The position numbers and the translations under genes were made by a program. Of a DNA stretch of 64,000 nucleotides, positions 36,176 through 46,465 are shown one piece after another. Numbering within the stretch: position 1 is the first letter of the stretch; each line of letters opens with the position of its first letter. The stretch comes from a virus (taxonomy: Duplodnaviria > Caudoviricetes). Below the pieces are notes generated by a model. It was not told the origin of the DNA. It saw nothing but the letters and a program-made list of their open reading frames with translations, and did not search any database. The stretch spans positions 1,831-65,830 of the IMG/VR virus record IMGVR_UViG_3300005264_000006, one strand, 5' to 3'.

Positions 36176-39152
36176 ATTTAATTCTCATGTATCTAACATA
36201 AATTGTATCGGCAATTACCGGATCAAAACTATGAAATGCTCTACCGTATATTTGTATCAAATCATCAGGTTCTACACTTATATCTTCTGTTTCTGATGTA
36301 TAAGAAGATGATGCAGAAAATTGTGTGCCAATCAAAACACCGTTCTTATATACAACGGTTTGTGCAGAAGTTGCATCTGCTTCCGCTTTATGTTCCCAAT
36401 ATACTCTAATATTGCCTTTGATATGGGAAACTATTTCTTTAACTTTAACATAAGAGATGGAAGTTTTGCTCCTCTCCGTATCATTTGAATGAATTAAATC
36501 ATCAGATTCTTTAAAGAAGGTGGATTTATCATTTATTTCATCATCTACATATTTTTTAGTAGCAGCTTCTTGATTTGACGTGGGATCCACGACATTGGTA
36601 ATTTTATGGGTGTTCATGTTTAAATTTTGAGTAGCCGTGTGATTTCCGAGATTATCCGTCTCACTTGCTACTGCACCCATTACACCAACTTCTATCCACG
36701 CTTCTGCTTCTCCATTGTATCTATAAAGTGAATCATCATCTTCATCATAGTGAAAATCACCTTCACTCGGTGTTGTCGGAAATGTTGAAGATTGTTCATC
36801 AAATCTATCTATTATATTATTGACTTCAGTTTTTGTATAAATATTGGTGTCGATTTCTGTTTCGGTATAATATCTTGTATCGTGAGTATGAGAATCGTTT
36901 GCTACTACCATGTTTTCGACACTTCCGGATATATCACCACCCAAAGCTGCACTGACCGCTAAAATTGCTTCCGAATCGGTATATTTAGACATGTTAGGTA
37001 TATCATTAAACTGTAAAGTAGAAAGGTCGTGGTAATCTTCTATAACTCCCCCATCATGTGAATCAAAATCACTTTTAAAACTTGATATATCAACACCATC
37101 AACATTACCGACATTAGTTATAGCATTTCCTCCACAATCAAGCTGTTTCGCAAATATAACTTCATTATTATAAAGATTTATATAGTTTACATCTTGTAAA
37201 TCTAACATCAATTTTGTGTATCCCTTCACTCTCAAATAATATTGAGATGCATCATAATATAATCCAATTTTATATAAAGTTCCACCATCTGTACCATCTG
37301 ATGAAATTCTTGCAAGGTATCTTGAAGTATCATCATGGTAAACTGTTCCTACGTTTTCTATATCGTTATCTCCCAAATCTAAATCTTTTTCTAATGTAAG
37401 TGCGTTTGCTTCTACATAAGCATGTGCTTCTGCTTCCGTGCATAACCCAGACACGTCCTTACCATCCACGAGACCAACATAAAAAGGAGCATTTGGTGGG
37501 TAAGTAGATGTATTACTTGCATCAAATACTAAGCTTCCACTTGGGGTGCTAGTAGACCAACCTGCTGTTAAATCATCGGTTCCTAATATTCCATTAACGT
37601 TATAACTATCATCTTGACTTTGGTTACCTCCTCTAATAATAACTCTAACTTGGAAAACAACATAACTTTCATTGTTTTTAATATATATATTTTTTCTACC
37701 GGAAACATCATAAACAACTATTAAAGGTCTTGAAGAATTCCAAGCGTCTCCTATATAATACCATTCATAACTAAAACCCGATCTATTTCTAAACATGTAA
37801 ACTTGTTTTACCGGATCGCTTGTCCAATCTTGACCGAGTATTTCGACATAAACCATGTCGTATGTTCCAGAACCACTTACCGGTAAAGTACAAAGATATT
37901 TATATTCCGGTATTGATGGTGTGTTTCTACTTTCAAAACGATAATCATAATCTGATGGTATTGATGGTTTTCCGGTAAGTTCCGAATAAGCTACTTGTCC
38001 CCAAGCAGGATATGTTGCTCCCATTTTAAGAACATAATTTTCTGTTCCCGGTGTTAAATAATCCCAATCAGAAACTCCTCCATAAATTAATCTTCCGGCG
38101 GAATAACCGCCAATATCCGCTAAATCTAAATCACCGCTATGCGTGTCAAAATCGTGATTGGTGTTTGCCTTATTACCGAGTTCGCTATTTATCTTGTTTG
38201 AAGACCATAATTCCGTGGTAGAAGTTCCGGAATCATTAATTAACCTATGTTTGGTTGCTTCATCATCATTAATGTTGCTATGAGCAATGGTCGATTCTAA
38301 ATTTCCAAAAGTAACAGCTTTCTTAACATAAGAAGCACCGGAATCTTCTATAACAAATTCATCATTACTTACCGGTGTTGTTTTTGGAGTTATTGACGTA
38401 ATCTCATTAGCAATATTATCGTGAATGGCATTCGTGTCATTATGATTTAAATCTGATATATCCGATTCTTGTAATTGTGCCCAACTTATATCTGAAGCAC
38501 CTGCTTTTAAGAAATAACCATCCGTTCCCTTTGCTAAAGCTTCCCAATCACTACTACCCCCTTTTATGATAGAACCATGTGCATATGAACCTAAATCTGT
38601 TAATGGTAAACTACCCGTGTGTGGACCACTCGTACCTAAAACATGTGCCTCTGGTGTAAACTCAGAAGGTACACCGGTAAGTTCCGAATAAGCTACCTGA
38701 CCCCAAACTACATCAGAATTACCTGCTTTTAACACGTATGTTTCTGTTCCTAATGCCAAATTTTCCCAGACCGATGTTCCCCTATGGAGTATATCTCCTT
38801 GAGTTACACTGGTAATGTTAACATCGGTTAAACCATTCAAATCTAAAGAACTTTCTCCACCATTATAAAGAGAAAACCATAAACCTGATACTTCGTGCCA
38901 ACCCCAAACACCGGAAGCATCAACTCTTATTCTATTATGATCCCATAAACCAATTTCTACTTGTTGAGAAGCAGGAACCCAATTTTTTGTTTTAACAGCA
39001 AATGACATGAAAGGGTCTCCTTGATCTACATCATTCGGCATTTTCTGATTATCATAAACGCCTGATGCAAAACCATTCATGTTCATATAAAAACCCATGT
39101 GAAAACCCGTCGGATTATCATAATTTGATTGACCTTTCATATACCAAGACAT
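36144..39152 (-). CDS. Long tail fibre protein (1002 aa)
   Basis: LNGLTDVNI, WGQVAYSELTG twice, HTHDTRYYTETEID, EAATKKYVD. Confidence 0.8.
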   Translation of the reverse strand: MSWYMKGQSNYDNPTGFHMGFYMNMNGFASGVYDNQKMPNDVDQGDPFMSFAVKTKNWVPASQQVEIGLWDHNRIRVDASGVWGWHEVSGLWFSLYNGGESSLDLNGLTDVNITSVTQGDILHRGTSVWENLALGTETYVLKAGNSDVVWGQVAYSELTGVPSEFTPEAHVLGTSGPHTGSLPLTDLGSYAHGSIIKGGSSDWEALAKGTDGYFLKAGASDISWAQLQESDISDLNHNDTNAIHDNIANEITSITPKTTPVSNDEFVIEDSGASYVKKAVTFGNLESTIAHSNINDDEATKHRLINDSGTSTTELWSSNKINSELGNKANTNHDFDTHSGDLDLADIGGYSAGRLIYGGVSDWDYLTPGTENYVLKMGATYPAWGQVAYSELTGKPSIPSDYDYRFESRNTPSIPEYKYLCTLPVSGSGTYDMVYVEILGQDWTSDPVKQVYMFRNRSGFSYEWYYIGDAWNSSRPLIVVYDVSGRKNIYIKNNESYVVFQVRVIIRGGNQSQDDSYNVNGILGTDDLTAGWSTSTPSGSLVFDASNTSTYPPNAPFYVGLVDGKDVSGLCTEAEAHAYVEANALTLEKDLDLGDNDIENVGTVYHDDTSRYLARISSDGTDGGTLYKIGLYYDASQYYLRVKGYTKLMLDLQDVNYINLYNNEVIFAKQLDCGGNAITNVGNVDGVDISSFKSDFDSHDGGVIEDYHDLSTLQFNDIPNMSKYTDSEAILAVSAALGGDISGSVENMVVANDSHTHDTRYYTETEIDTNIYTKTEVNNIIDRFDEQSSTFPTTPSEGDFHYDEDDDSLYRYNGEAEAWIEVGVMGAVASETDNLGNHTATQNLNMNTHKITNVVDPTSNQEAATKKYVDDEINDKSTFFKESDDLIHSNDTERSKTSISYVKVKEIVSHIKGNIRVYWEHKAEADATSAQTVVYKNGVLIGTQFSASSSYTSETEDISVEPDDLIQIYGRAFHSFDPVIADTIYVRYMRIKYAKFSNTSGY

Positions 39153-39153
39153 T

Positions 39154-41049
39154 TTAAGTCGCCTTCGTTTTTGTAGTTATTCCACCAGTTGGTATTGCTT
39201 GTGATGGAGGTCCTGGAATTGCTGGTCCAACAGGCACCTTATGGGTGTGTGTATCTAAAGCAAGAAAATTATTTCCACCCGCTAAATTAACCATTGTTGC
39301 ACCTTCACCAATATTTACAACTCCCGCTGTATTTATTGTTATTGTACCAATTTTTAAACCACCTGCACCATCACTAATTTCTATATCAATACTAGCGTTA
39401 TCCTCTCTTGTTTTTATCTTTATTGCATTATCGGCATAAAAATTTATCTGTCCTACATCATTATTAGCAATGATTTGATATTTTCCAATTCCATTTCCAT
39501 CCGGTTCATGTCGAGGATCAACATAAAAACATCCGCCAGATAAGAGATACATTCTCGAAACATCCGTTTGAATCATAAAATCTCCACTTTTGAAATACAT
39601 GTGATTAACATTTGTTAATCCCGTATCGGTTGGTGTTTCAGTTGGTTCGGTTATTTTTTGCTTGTAAACAATTCCATGTTCAGATTCTATTATCCAATTT
39701 GCATTTTCATCATCAAAATAAATTTCTCCTTTCGGAGTCTTGAGCCTAAAATCTTTTGGATTTTTTATGGGAATAACAAATCCCTCATTGCCATCTCCAA
39801 AAACATAAGGACCTTGAACTGTATTCTCAATCCTATCATCAGGCATCAACATTATAAAGTTTGCAGGTGTATCAGGTACCGGGTATTGTATTCCTTCACC
39901 ACTTCCTAAATAAGGAGAAGTTCTTCCTATTTTACTTAATACATAAGAAGGATCGGTCACGTTTAAAACTCTTCTTCTCGGTATTTTTTTTGCAATTTGA
40001 TTTATATCCTTTTCATATGTAATTTGTTCTATATATTTTTGATCGTATTTATCTTCTTCATCATCTTCAAAATTGTGAACTATTGCTCCTACTTTTATTT
40101 GTTTGAATAATTTCTTATGTGAAAACCTAGCGTATGCCTCAGAAATTTCTTTATCTCCCTCTAAGCTATCAACAAAAACATCTCTTGTTATTTTTTCTCC
40201 AATCGGTACAAAACAACCGATAGTTTTATCTCCATTTGCTCCTACTTCATGCCTGACCCAAACACATCGTAATTCAGTCATGTTTTGTCCTTCTCTTAGT
40301 TGATAATAATAAAGAACATCAAGTGGCATTCCGTGTGAATAAATCTTAACAGTGTGAGGTGTTCTTACTATTTTAACAACCTCATTACCATCTATCATAT
40401 CAGTTGCATTTAATTCTTCATAAGTCCAAAGTTCCGGTCCAACATATAAAGAACCATTCTTAACCGACCATTCTAAAGCATTTTCATTTGTTACATAATC
40501 AATAAAATCATAAACAGTCCAATCCGGTTCAAAAGCAAAATTAGGATACTCAAACTTGGTAGATTTCTTATCTTCATCAAAATGTTCCATAAAAATTACC
40601 GGTAATAAACCGGTATTCACAAGAACTTCATATAATAATTTTTGTGCATCCCTATTTTCATCATAAGGAAGTGAGTATGTTCGTGACATAAATACCGCAG
40701 TTCTTAATAATGCATATTCTTCTTGAACTGCAAACAAAACCTTTCTTGAAGAGTTATAATCATCATAAACTGTAACAACCCTGTATTGATCTTGATGATA
40801 CACCTCATCTTTATCACCGGTAAGATATAATCTTAAATCTAATGAGTATTTAGAAAAATTATAGCTTTCCATGTCTTGATGAAAGTACCAAAGCATAAAA
40901 TCAGGCACTCCGTACATGCCGCTAAATACAACTATATCATCGTGGTATCTACCATCGGCATTATCAAAACTACCAACAAATGTTAAACTTTCATCATCAA
41001 CATCGAATGGGGAATAAAATCTTATCGCCCATTTTGCTAATTGCGTCAT
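39154..41049 (-). CDS. Baseplate hub-spike fusion (gp27/gp5- or VgrG-like)
   Basis: WSVKNGSLYV hub-like region, C-terminal beta-helix repeats, HTH metal-binding tip (DTHTHKV). Confidence 0.65.
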   Translation of the reverse strand: MTQLAKWAIRFYSPFDVDDESLTFVGSFDNADGRYHDDIVVFSGMYGVPDFMLWYFHQDMESYNFSKYSLDLRLYLTGDKDEVYHQDQYRVVTVYDDYNSSRKVLFAVQEEYALLRTAVFMSRTYSLPYDENRDAQKLLYEVLVNTGLLPVIFMEHFDEDKKSTKFEYPNFAFEPDWTVYDFIDYVTNENALEWSVKNGSLYVGPELWTYEELNATDMIDGNEVVKIVRTPHTVKIYSHGMPLDVLYYYQLREGQNMTELRCVWVRHEVGANGDKTIGCFVPIGEKITRDVFVDSLEGDKEISEAYARFSHKKLFKQIKVGAIVHNFEDDEEDKYDQKYIEQITYEKDINQIAKKIPRRRVLNVTDPSYVLSKIGRTSPYLGSGEGIQYPVPDTPANFIMLMPDDRIENTVQGPYVFGDGNEGFVIPIKNPKDFRLKTPKGEIYFDDENANWIIESEHGIVYKQKITEPTETPTDTGLTNVNHMYFKSGDFMIQTDVSRMYLLSGGCFYVDPRHEPDGNGIGKYQIIANNDVGQINFYADNAIKIKTREDNASIDIEISDGAGGLKIGTITINTAGVVNIGEGATMVNLAGGNNFLALDTHTHKVPVGPAIPGPPSQAIPTGGITTKTKAT

Positions 41050-42089
41050 TTAAAAAATTCCCCTTGTATATCTTGAACCATGTTAATATTATTTGTATAA
41101 GCACCAACTACATTATTCATAAATTTATTATTTATACTTCTTATATATTTTCCTGCTTCCGGTATATTCATGCCGTAAGACGGTAACAATTCAACAGTTG
41201 CTTTTATCATCGATTTATAAAGTGGGTGTGCCGATTCCTCTTGTTTGTAAACAACTTTCGTTTTTATCTTTTTACCTCTAGTGGGAAAGATCATTTTCTT
41301 AAATTCATATTTCGGTTCCGGATCGTATTTCCTAAAGAATATCGTGTATTCGATTTGTTTCTGACCCGTTCTATCAACCGATTGTCTCCAGGAATATGTT
41401 TCAATATACATTGATAAATATATACGATGTTTTGTAATTACCGGAAATGTTAGATGTCTATCGTGATATCCTTCACTAATATTTTTTAAATCAAATTCTT
41501 CCCATGCTTGATTATTTGCTTCAACCCTTTTTGCCACATCAATAATTGCCTGTGTTCCATCAGGTCTAGTGACTACAGCAGCACCCTTATTAACCGGTAA
41601 GTTCTCAATTTGGGAAAAATCTGTCCGATATTGATATTTTGGATGTTCGGCAACATTTGTTTGTTCTTTTAATAAATCAATTCTTGTGCTTGAGCCGTAT
41701 AAAAATAATAAATCAAGCATATTAAGAAAAATGAATCTATTAGGACCGTATGCCTTGCCAACTATTCTTAATGATTCATTTCCTCCGTCTTGGTGTGCTA
41801 AAAATATTCCTCCATTAGCCCTATATCTTACATCTCTATCGGAAATACCGTGACTTAGTTCTTCTACTGTTCCTAATGGTATACCGCCTATTACAGCAGA
41901 CGGTTGAATGTCATCTAAATTTCCGTAATAATATCTTGCTAAACCGTAAGTTAATGCTATTCCATTTAAAATAGATACCTGTGAACCATAACCCAGGACT
42001 TTATTCATCGTGTAAGCACTAAGTACTCCTCCGGCAATACCAGTCATTGTTCCTAAACTGGTCATAATTAAATTGTTTTGTAAGCTCAT
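41046..42089 (-). CDS. Tail/baseplate protein, paralogue of the upstream gene
   Basis: RANGGIFLAHQ, HLTFPVI and YIETYSW are shared with 42086-43408. Confidence 0.6.
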   Translation of the reverse strand: MSLQNNLIMTSLGTMTGIAGGVLSAYTMNKVLGYGSQVSILNGIALTYGLARYYYGNLDDIQPSAVIGGIPLGTVEELSHGISDRDVRYRANGGIFLAHQDGGNESLRIVGKAYGPNRFIFLNMLDLLFLYGSSTRIDLLKEQTNVAEHPKYQYRTDFSQIENLPVNKGAAVVTRPDGTQAIIDVAKRVEANNQAWEEFDLKNISEGYHDRHLTFPVITKHRIYLSMYIETYSWRQSVDRTGQKQIEYTIFFRKYDPEPKYEFKKMIFPTRGKKIKTKVVYKQEESAHPLYKSMIKATVELLPSYGMNIPEAGKYIRSINNKFMNNVVGAYTNNINMVQDIQGEFFK

Positions 42090-43408
42090 GTTACTAAACC
42101 TCCTAACGCTAACATAAATGTCATGCCTACATCTACTGCATCAACATCATAATAATTTTTAATCTTCCAATTCTTATTATCAATGAACCAAGTTTCTTTA
42201 CCCATCCTGAATAATCTATACATAAAATTTATTGCATAATTTAAAACTTCTTGTACTTTTGTTTCTTTTTTTAAACCATAAAATGTCTTTTCGGCATTGG
42301 CTAAAAATTCTGTCGGTTCACTATAAGTTCTTAATAATAAATCATATTCTATTGTATCTTTCTTTCCTTTAGTGGTTTCTGTGAATGAAAATGTTTCTAT
42401 ATAACAATTTGGGATTATTTCATGTTGCAAAACGACAGGAAATGTTATATGTTTCTCAAAAGCGGGAGCCTGAACTACTACATCATTTATTTTTTGCATA
42501 CTCATTACAGGTCCTGCAGTTTCTCTAAATATTTCAACATCTAATTTACTTGAACCTAAACTGGTTACAATTGGAGAGTCCCAATCAAATAATTGCATAT
42601 ATCTTTGAGTTAACAAAGAAAGTACCCATAATGAAGTTAACCATATATATCGTCCGGGACCGGTCAATTTCCCCGTTATCTTAATTGCATCACTTCCACC
42701 TGCCTGTTGATGAGCTAAGAAAATACTTCCTATGGCTCTAAATTTTACAACCTTGTTTGAGTGAGCAACTTCTATATTTTGTATTGAAGTAGGATGTTCA
42801 GTACCCATACAACCTAATGGTAAGAAACCAACAACGCATTCATTTTCTAAACCCGCTACAAGAGCACCGGCAGATAATATCAAGTCAAGACTTAGTTTTA
42901 ATTGTTCTAATGGTGTTAAAGCATATAATTTCGCTTTTAATTCTTTACCCGTCTCTAATGCGTGTTCTTTTAAATTATTCCAATAATCATGTAATCTTTG
43001 TTCGAGTGCAGCTTTTGCGTTTGAAATAGGATTTTGAAATAACTGATCCCATGTTAAACCAACATCTTCAATTTCTTGCGGTTCTTTTTGTTCTATCCAT
43101 TTATTTATTTCTACAATAGCATTGCCGTACTTAAGCCTTTGTTTTAAAGCTAATATTTGTATTCTTGAAACATTAAAATTAGGTTCATTTTCCAAAGCAT
43201 TAAGTAAAGCTTTTAATGTTTTATATTTACTTGTTCTAACCTGACCCGTTCCATATTCATTATAAGTAACCCAATGAGGACCACTAGCTTTTAGGATGGT
43301 ATCTATTAACCAATCAGAAATTTCAGTGGATTTGGAAACACTAAAACCTTGTCGTCTAAAACCAGCAAGAATTCTCATCCTAAATTGTAATTCACTTATT
43401 GGCGCCAT
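42086..43408 (-). CDS. Tail/baseplate (tube-initiator-like) protein
   Basis: RAIGSIFLAHQ, HITFPVV, YIETFSF; follows the tape-measure position. Confidence 0.6.
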   Translation of the reverse strand: MAPISELQFRMRILAGFRRQGFSVSKSTEISDWLIDTILKASGPHWVTYNEYGTGQVRTSKYKTLKALLNALENEPNFNVSRIQILALKQRLKYGNAIVEINKWIEQKEPQEIEDVGLTWDQLFQNPISNAKAALEQRLHDYWNNLKEHALETGKELKAKLYALTPLEQLKLSLDLILSAGALVAGLENECVVGFLPLGCMGTEHPTSIQNIEVAHSNKVVKFRAIGSIFLAHQQAGGSDAIKITGKLTGPGRYIWLTSLWVLSLLTQRYMQLFDWDSPIVTSLGSSKLDVEIFRETAGPVMSMQKINDVVVQAPAFEKHITFPVVLQHEIIPNCYIETFSFTETTKGKKDTIEYDLLLRTYSEPTEFLANAEKTFYGLKKETKVQEVLNYAINFMYRLFRMGKETWFIDNKNWKIKNYYDVDAVDVGMTFMLALGGLVT

Positions 43409-45222
43409 TAGAGAGTTCCTCTTCTTTTTTTTGCTTTTTCTCTATCATCATCTAAAGTTCTTTGTGCTTCGTCTCCTCTCGGATTAATATCATCCAAAGA
43501 ATCTAATGCATCATCTAACTTCTCGTTTATTGAACTTAAAGTTCTTTTAAAATCTTGTCCTCTTAATTCAATATTTTCCCTTCCTCCCAAGTATCTTTGT
43601 TTTTCCTCTTTTTCATAAGTTTCCATGGCGTCAAACAAATCACTCGATGTCATTGTTCTTATTGATTCCCTTGCCTTTTCGGTCGATTCTCCTTCCAATT
43701 CTTCCATTGTTTCCGGTTTCGTGAGAACGTTTAATATTCTATAAAGTTCATTAAACTCTTTATCAAGATACATTGTTATTTCTTCATTTACTCTTTCAGC
43801 AACCCGTTCTTCCATATCCGGAAATTTCTTATCCAGCATCTCTTTAACAACTCTTTGCCATCTCCTCTTCTTATTAAATTCTTTGAGATCCCTGTCTATG
43901 TCTATGATTGACATTTCCATGTTGAACAATCTATCATCTTTCATTTTTATTGTTCCCCATCTATAATACCAGTCCCGTCTAAATTCTTCAAAAATTGTAT
44001 ATGTAAGAGCATTATTAATCACTTCTTCTATCTGAACAAGTCTATTATCTAACTCTTCAATTTCATCTTTTATTTTCATTTCCACTATACCGGTAAAAGC
44101 ATCAAAATCAGTATCTGATATAGTAACAATCGGTTCATCGCCAAGCGGTGCTTGTTGTATTATTTGCGTAACATCTTTTTGTTCTTTTATTAAATTCTTG
44201 AGATTTATTTCACTTTCTTCCACCTGCTTTAAAACTCTTGAAAAGAATTCTTCCATATCTAATGGGATTACTTCAGCAAGTTCTTTCAAGTGTTCGGATA
44301 TAAAATCTTTTAAATCATCAACATTTATTTTAGGATTCTTAAGTTTTTCCTCAATAATTTCTAACATTTCTTTAACTTCCGGTTCAAAACTTTTCTTATT
44401 CTCTATCAACTTATTAAGAAGTTCTGTATTACCGGTAATTAAATCTTTATAATCAATGTCTTTAAGAAGATTCTTTATTGTTGTTATTGTTTTTCCATAT
44501 TTTTGCATTAAATTTCTTACAGATTTTATTTGTTTGGTTAAATTATCCTCAACACCTTCACTACCGGACGTAATTATATTTTCTAAATTATCAAGTATTT
44601 CCTTAACTTCCGGCTCGAATTGTTCCTTATTTTCTATTATTTGTTCTAATAATTGTTTATTATCTCCAATTAGTTCATCAAAATTAAAATTTTTAACAAC
44701 ATTCTTTATTTCGGTTATTTTCTTATTGTATTGTTGCATTAACTTTCTTAGGCTTTTTATCCTTTCTTCTATATCATCAAAAAGACCAGGTTCAAGTTTA
44801 ATATTCTTTATTTGTTCAATTATATAAGAAAGTTGACTCATTACATCCACTTTAATGTAATTATCAATTTCATTTAGTTTTGTTCTATAAGCTTCTAAAT
44901 GAGCAGCTATGTCAGTATCAAGAGCCATGACAAAACCATCAATAATTGCAGCAATTGCATTATTTATTATATCATCAATAAATGCTTTAATATCTTCTGC
45001 TGTTTGCGGTATTAAATCCTGTAAACTTCTACAACAATCCCTTATATTATCTAATCTTGTTAATAATCCTCTCCAAGCTTGTTGAGAAAACCAACTTGGC
45101 ATGGTAGCCTTAATTTTTCCTCCGGCTTCCTGTAAATCCCTTAACATTTCATATAAGGACATTAAATTAGAACCTTGTTCAATTCTTACCGCTATTAATA
45201 ATTCATCTATTGGAGCGCTCAT
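43408..45222 (-). CDS. Tape-measure-like helical protein
   Basis: IDELLIAVRI N-terminus, long coiled coil, 77-aa internal duplication; position after tube and chaperone. Confidence 0.6.
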   Translation of the reverse strand: MSAPIDELLIAVRIEQGSNLMSLYEMLRDLQEAGGKIKATMPSWFSQQAWRGLLTRLDNIRDCCRSLQDLIPQTAEDIKAFIDDIINNAIAAIIDGFVMALDTDIAAHLEAYRTKLNEIDNYIKVDVMSQLSYIIEQIKNIKLEPGLFDDIEERIKSLRKLMQQYNKKITEIKNVVKNFNFDELIGDNKQLLEQIIENKEQFEPEVKEILDNLENIITSGSEGVEDNLTKQIKSVRNLMQKYGKTITTIKNLLKDIDYKDLITGNTELLNKLIENKKSFEPEVKEMLEIIEEKLKNPKINVDDLKDFISEHLKELAEVIPLDMEEFFSRVLKQVEESEINLKNLIKEQKDVTQIIQQAPLGDEPIVTISDTDFDAFTGIVEMKIKDEIEELDNRLVQIEEVINNALTYTIFEEFRRDWYYRWGTIKMKDDRLFNMEMSIIDIDRDLKEFNKKRRWQRVVKEMLDKKFPDMEERVAERVNEEITMYLDKEFNELYRILNVLTKPETMEELEGESTEKARESIRTMTSSDLFDAMETYEKEEKQRYLGGRENIELRGQDFKRTLSSINEKLDDALDSLDDINPRGDEAQRTLDDDREKAKKRRGTL

Positions 45223-45820
45223 TTATTAAACCACCTAATATATCACCAAGTTTCATAGTATCCCCAGATTTAGAGATAGAATGTTTTGGCTTTATTCTTT
45301 TTTGTTTTTCTAATTTTGATAAAATAAGAAAATCTCTCTGAAGTTTTGTTAATTTAGATAATTCTCCTAACGGAACATTTAAATTAAAAACTATTGTAGC
45401 AACATGCCTTCCTTCTTTATCTCTTATTATTTCCTCAATAATTTCTTTTGGTTGATATGAAGCACCATAAATGTGTCTTGCCATTTCATGGACATGTTGC
45501 ATTGTTTTAATATCATCAAAAGAAAAAGAATCGTCTTGGAAGTCTTTCATTCCGTAGTAAACAACCCAATAATCAAGATTATCGAAATAATTTCTTAATT
45601 CAGCAAGTAGATTGTTGTCGTATGTTATTTCTTGACTTCCTTTAATTATATCCATTTTTAGTTTGAAAAAAATTTCAGCCGTTTCCTTCTTAGCTCCTTT
45701 CAAAGCATTATAGAAACACTGATCTAGTTCATAACTAGAAATAGGTCGGAGAGGTAGTTTCTCTCCATTATAATTAAAATATATTACCTCATTAATCCCA
45801 TGTGTTATGTGTTTAATCAT
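45203..45820 (-). CDS. Putative tail assembly chaperone
   Basis: Position between tube and tape measure; LPLRPIS motif. Confidence 0.5.
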   Translation of the reverse strand: MIKHITHGINEVIYFNYNGEKLPLRPISSYELDQCFYNALKGAKKETAEIFFKLKMDIIKGSQEITYDNNLLAELRNYFDNLDYWVVYYGMKDFQDDSFSFDDIKTMQHVHEMARHIYGASYQPKEIIEEIIRDKEGRHVATIVFNLNVPLGELSKLTKLQRDFLILSKLEKQKRIKPKHSISKSGDTMKLGDILGGLINERSNR

Positions 45821-45866
45821 TTTAAAACACTTTTGTTCTGTTCATTTTTTAAGAGAATCATAATTC

Positions 45867-46463
45867 TCATGCAGAACTTTTATTTGGTATTGAATCTAAA
45901 TAGTTACCGTCTCCTTCAAGCATATTATCGAAGTTTATTTCTAAATCATTAGACTCCTTTATTCTTCGTCTTAATGCCATGCATTCGAATTCCCTAACAG
46001 GAAATTCTGCTACTGTGTAGTTTGTTCTTTCGTTAGTAACCCTACAACCTAAATATTCTTCATAACCATCTATCCAAATTCCTTTATGTGGATTGTCTTC
46101 TAAATTAACATCCATATCACTAGCTAAAACCAGTGAAACATCGAATGGTTGTTGCGTAGCAGCAAGTCTCCTTAATTTTTCAAATGATACTCCGCTCTCC
46201 TTAGTAAATATAGTCAATCTTATATCTGGTACACCGTGTTGATAACCCTGATTATATCGTTCTAAAGAACTAATCCTCGTTAATGGTCTTGAGATTGAAA
46301 TGGAACCCCTATCAACCCCATAAATTTCAAAACTATCACCAGTATAATTAACCGGTGGAGAAAAGAGTTCTGAAGGATATGTTACAGTCCATATGAGCTT
46401 GACATCCCAAGTCTTAAAATTATCCGATAATAATGGTTCGGATGGTGGTTCTTCTTCACTCAT
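45867..46463 (-). CDS. Putative tail tube protein
   Basis: Immediately after the sheath; beta-rich, YLGCRV..PVREFEC. Confidence 0.6.
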   Translation of the reverse strand: MSEEEPPSEPLLSDNFKTWDVKLIWTVTYPSELFSPPVNYTGDSFEIYGVDRGSISISRPLTRISSLERYNQGYQHGVPDIRLTIFTKESGVSFEKLRRLAATQQPFDVSLVLASDMDVNLEDNPHKGIWIDGYEEYLGCRVTNERTNYTVAEFPVREFECMALRRRIKESNDLEINFDNMLEGDGNYLDSIPNKSSA

Positions 46464-46465
46464 TT

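Noticed and set aside
44198-44827. Antisense ORFs in the track (e.g. 44198, 44456, 48593, 51179, 13166)
   Set aside because: Shadow ORFs opposite well-supported genes, with Ser/Phe/Ile-rich antisense composition.
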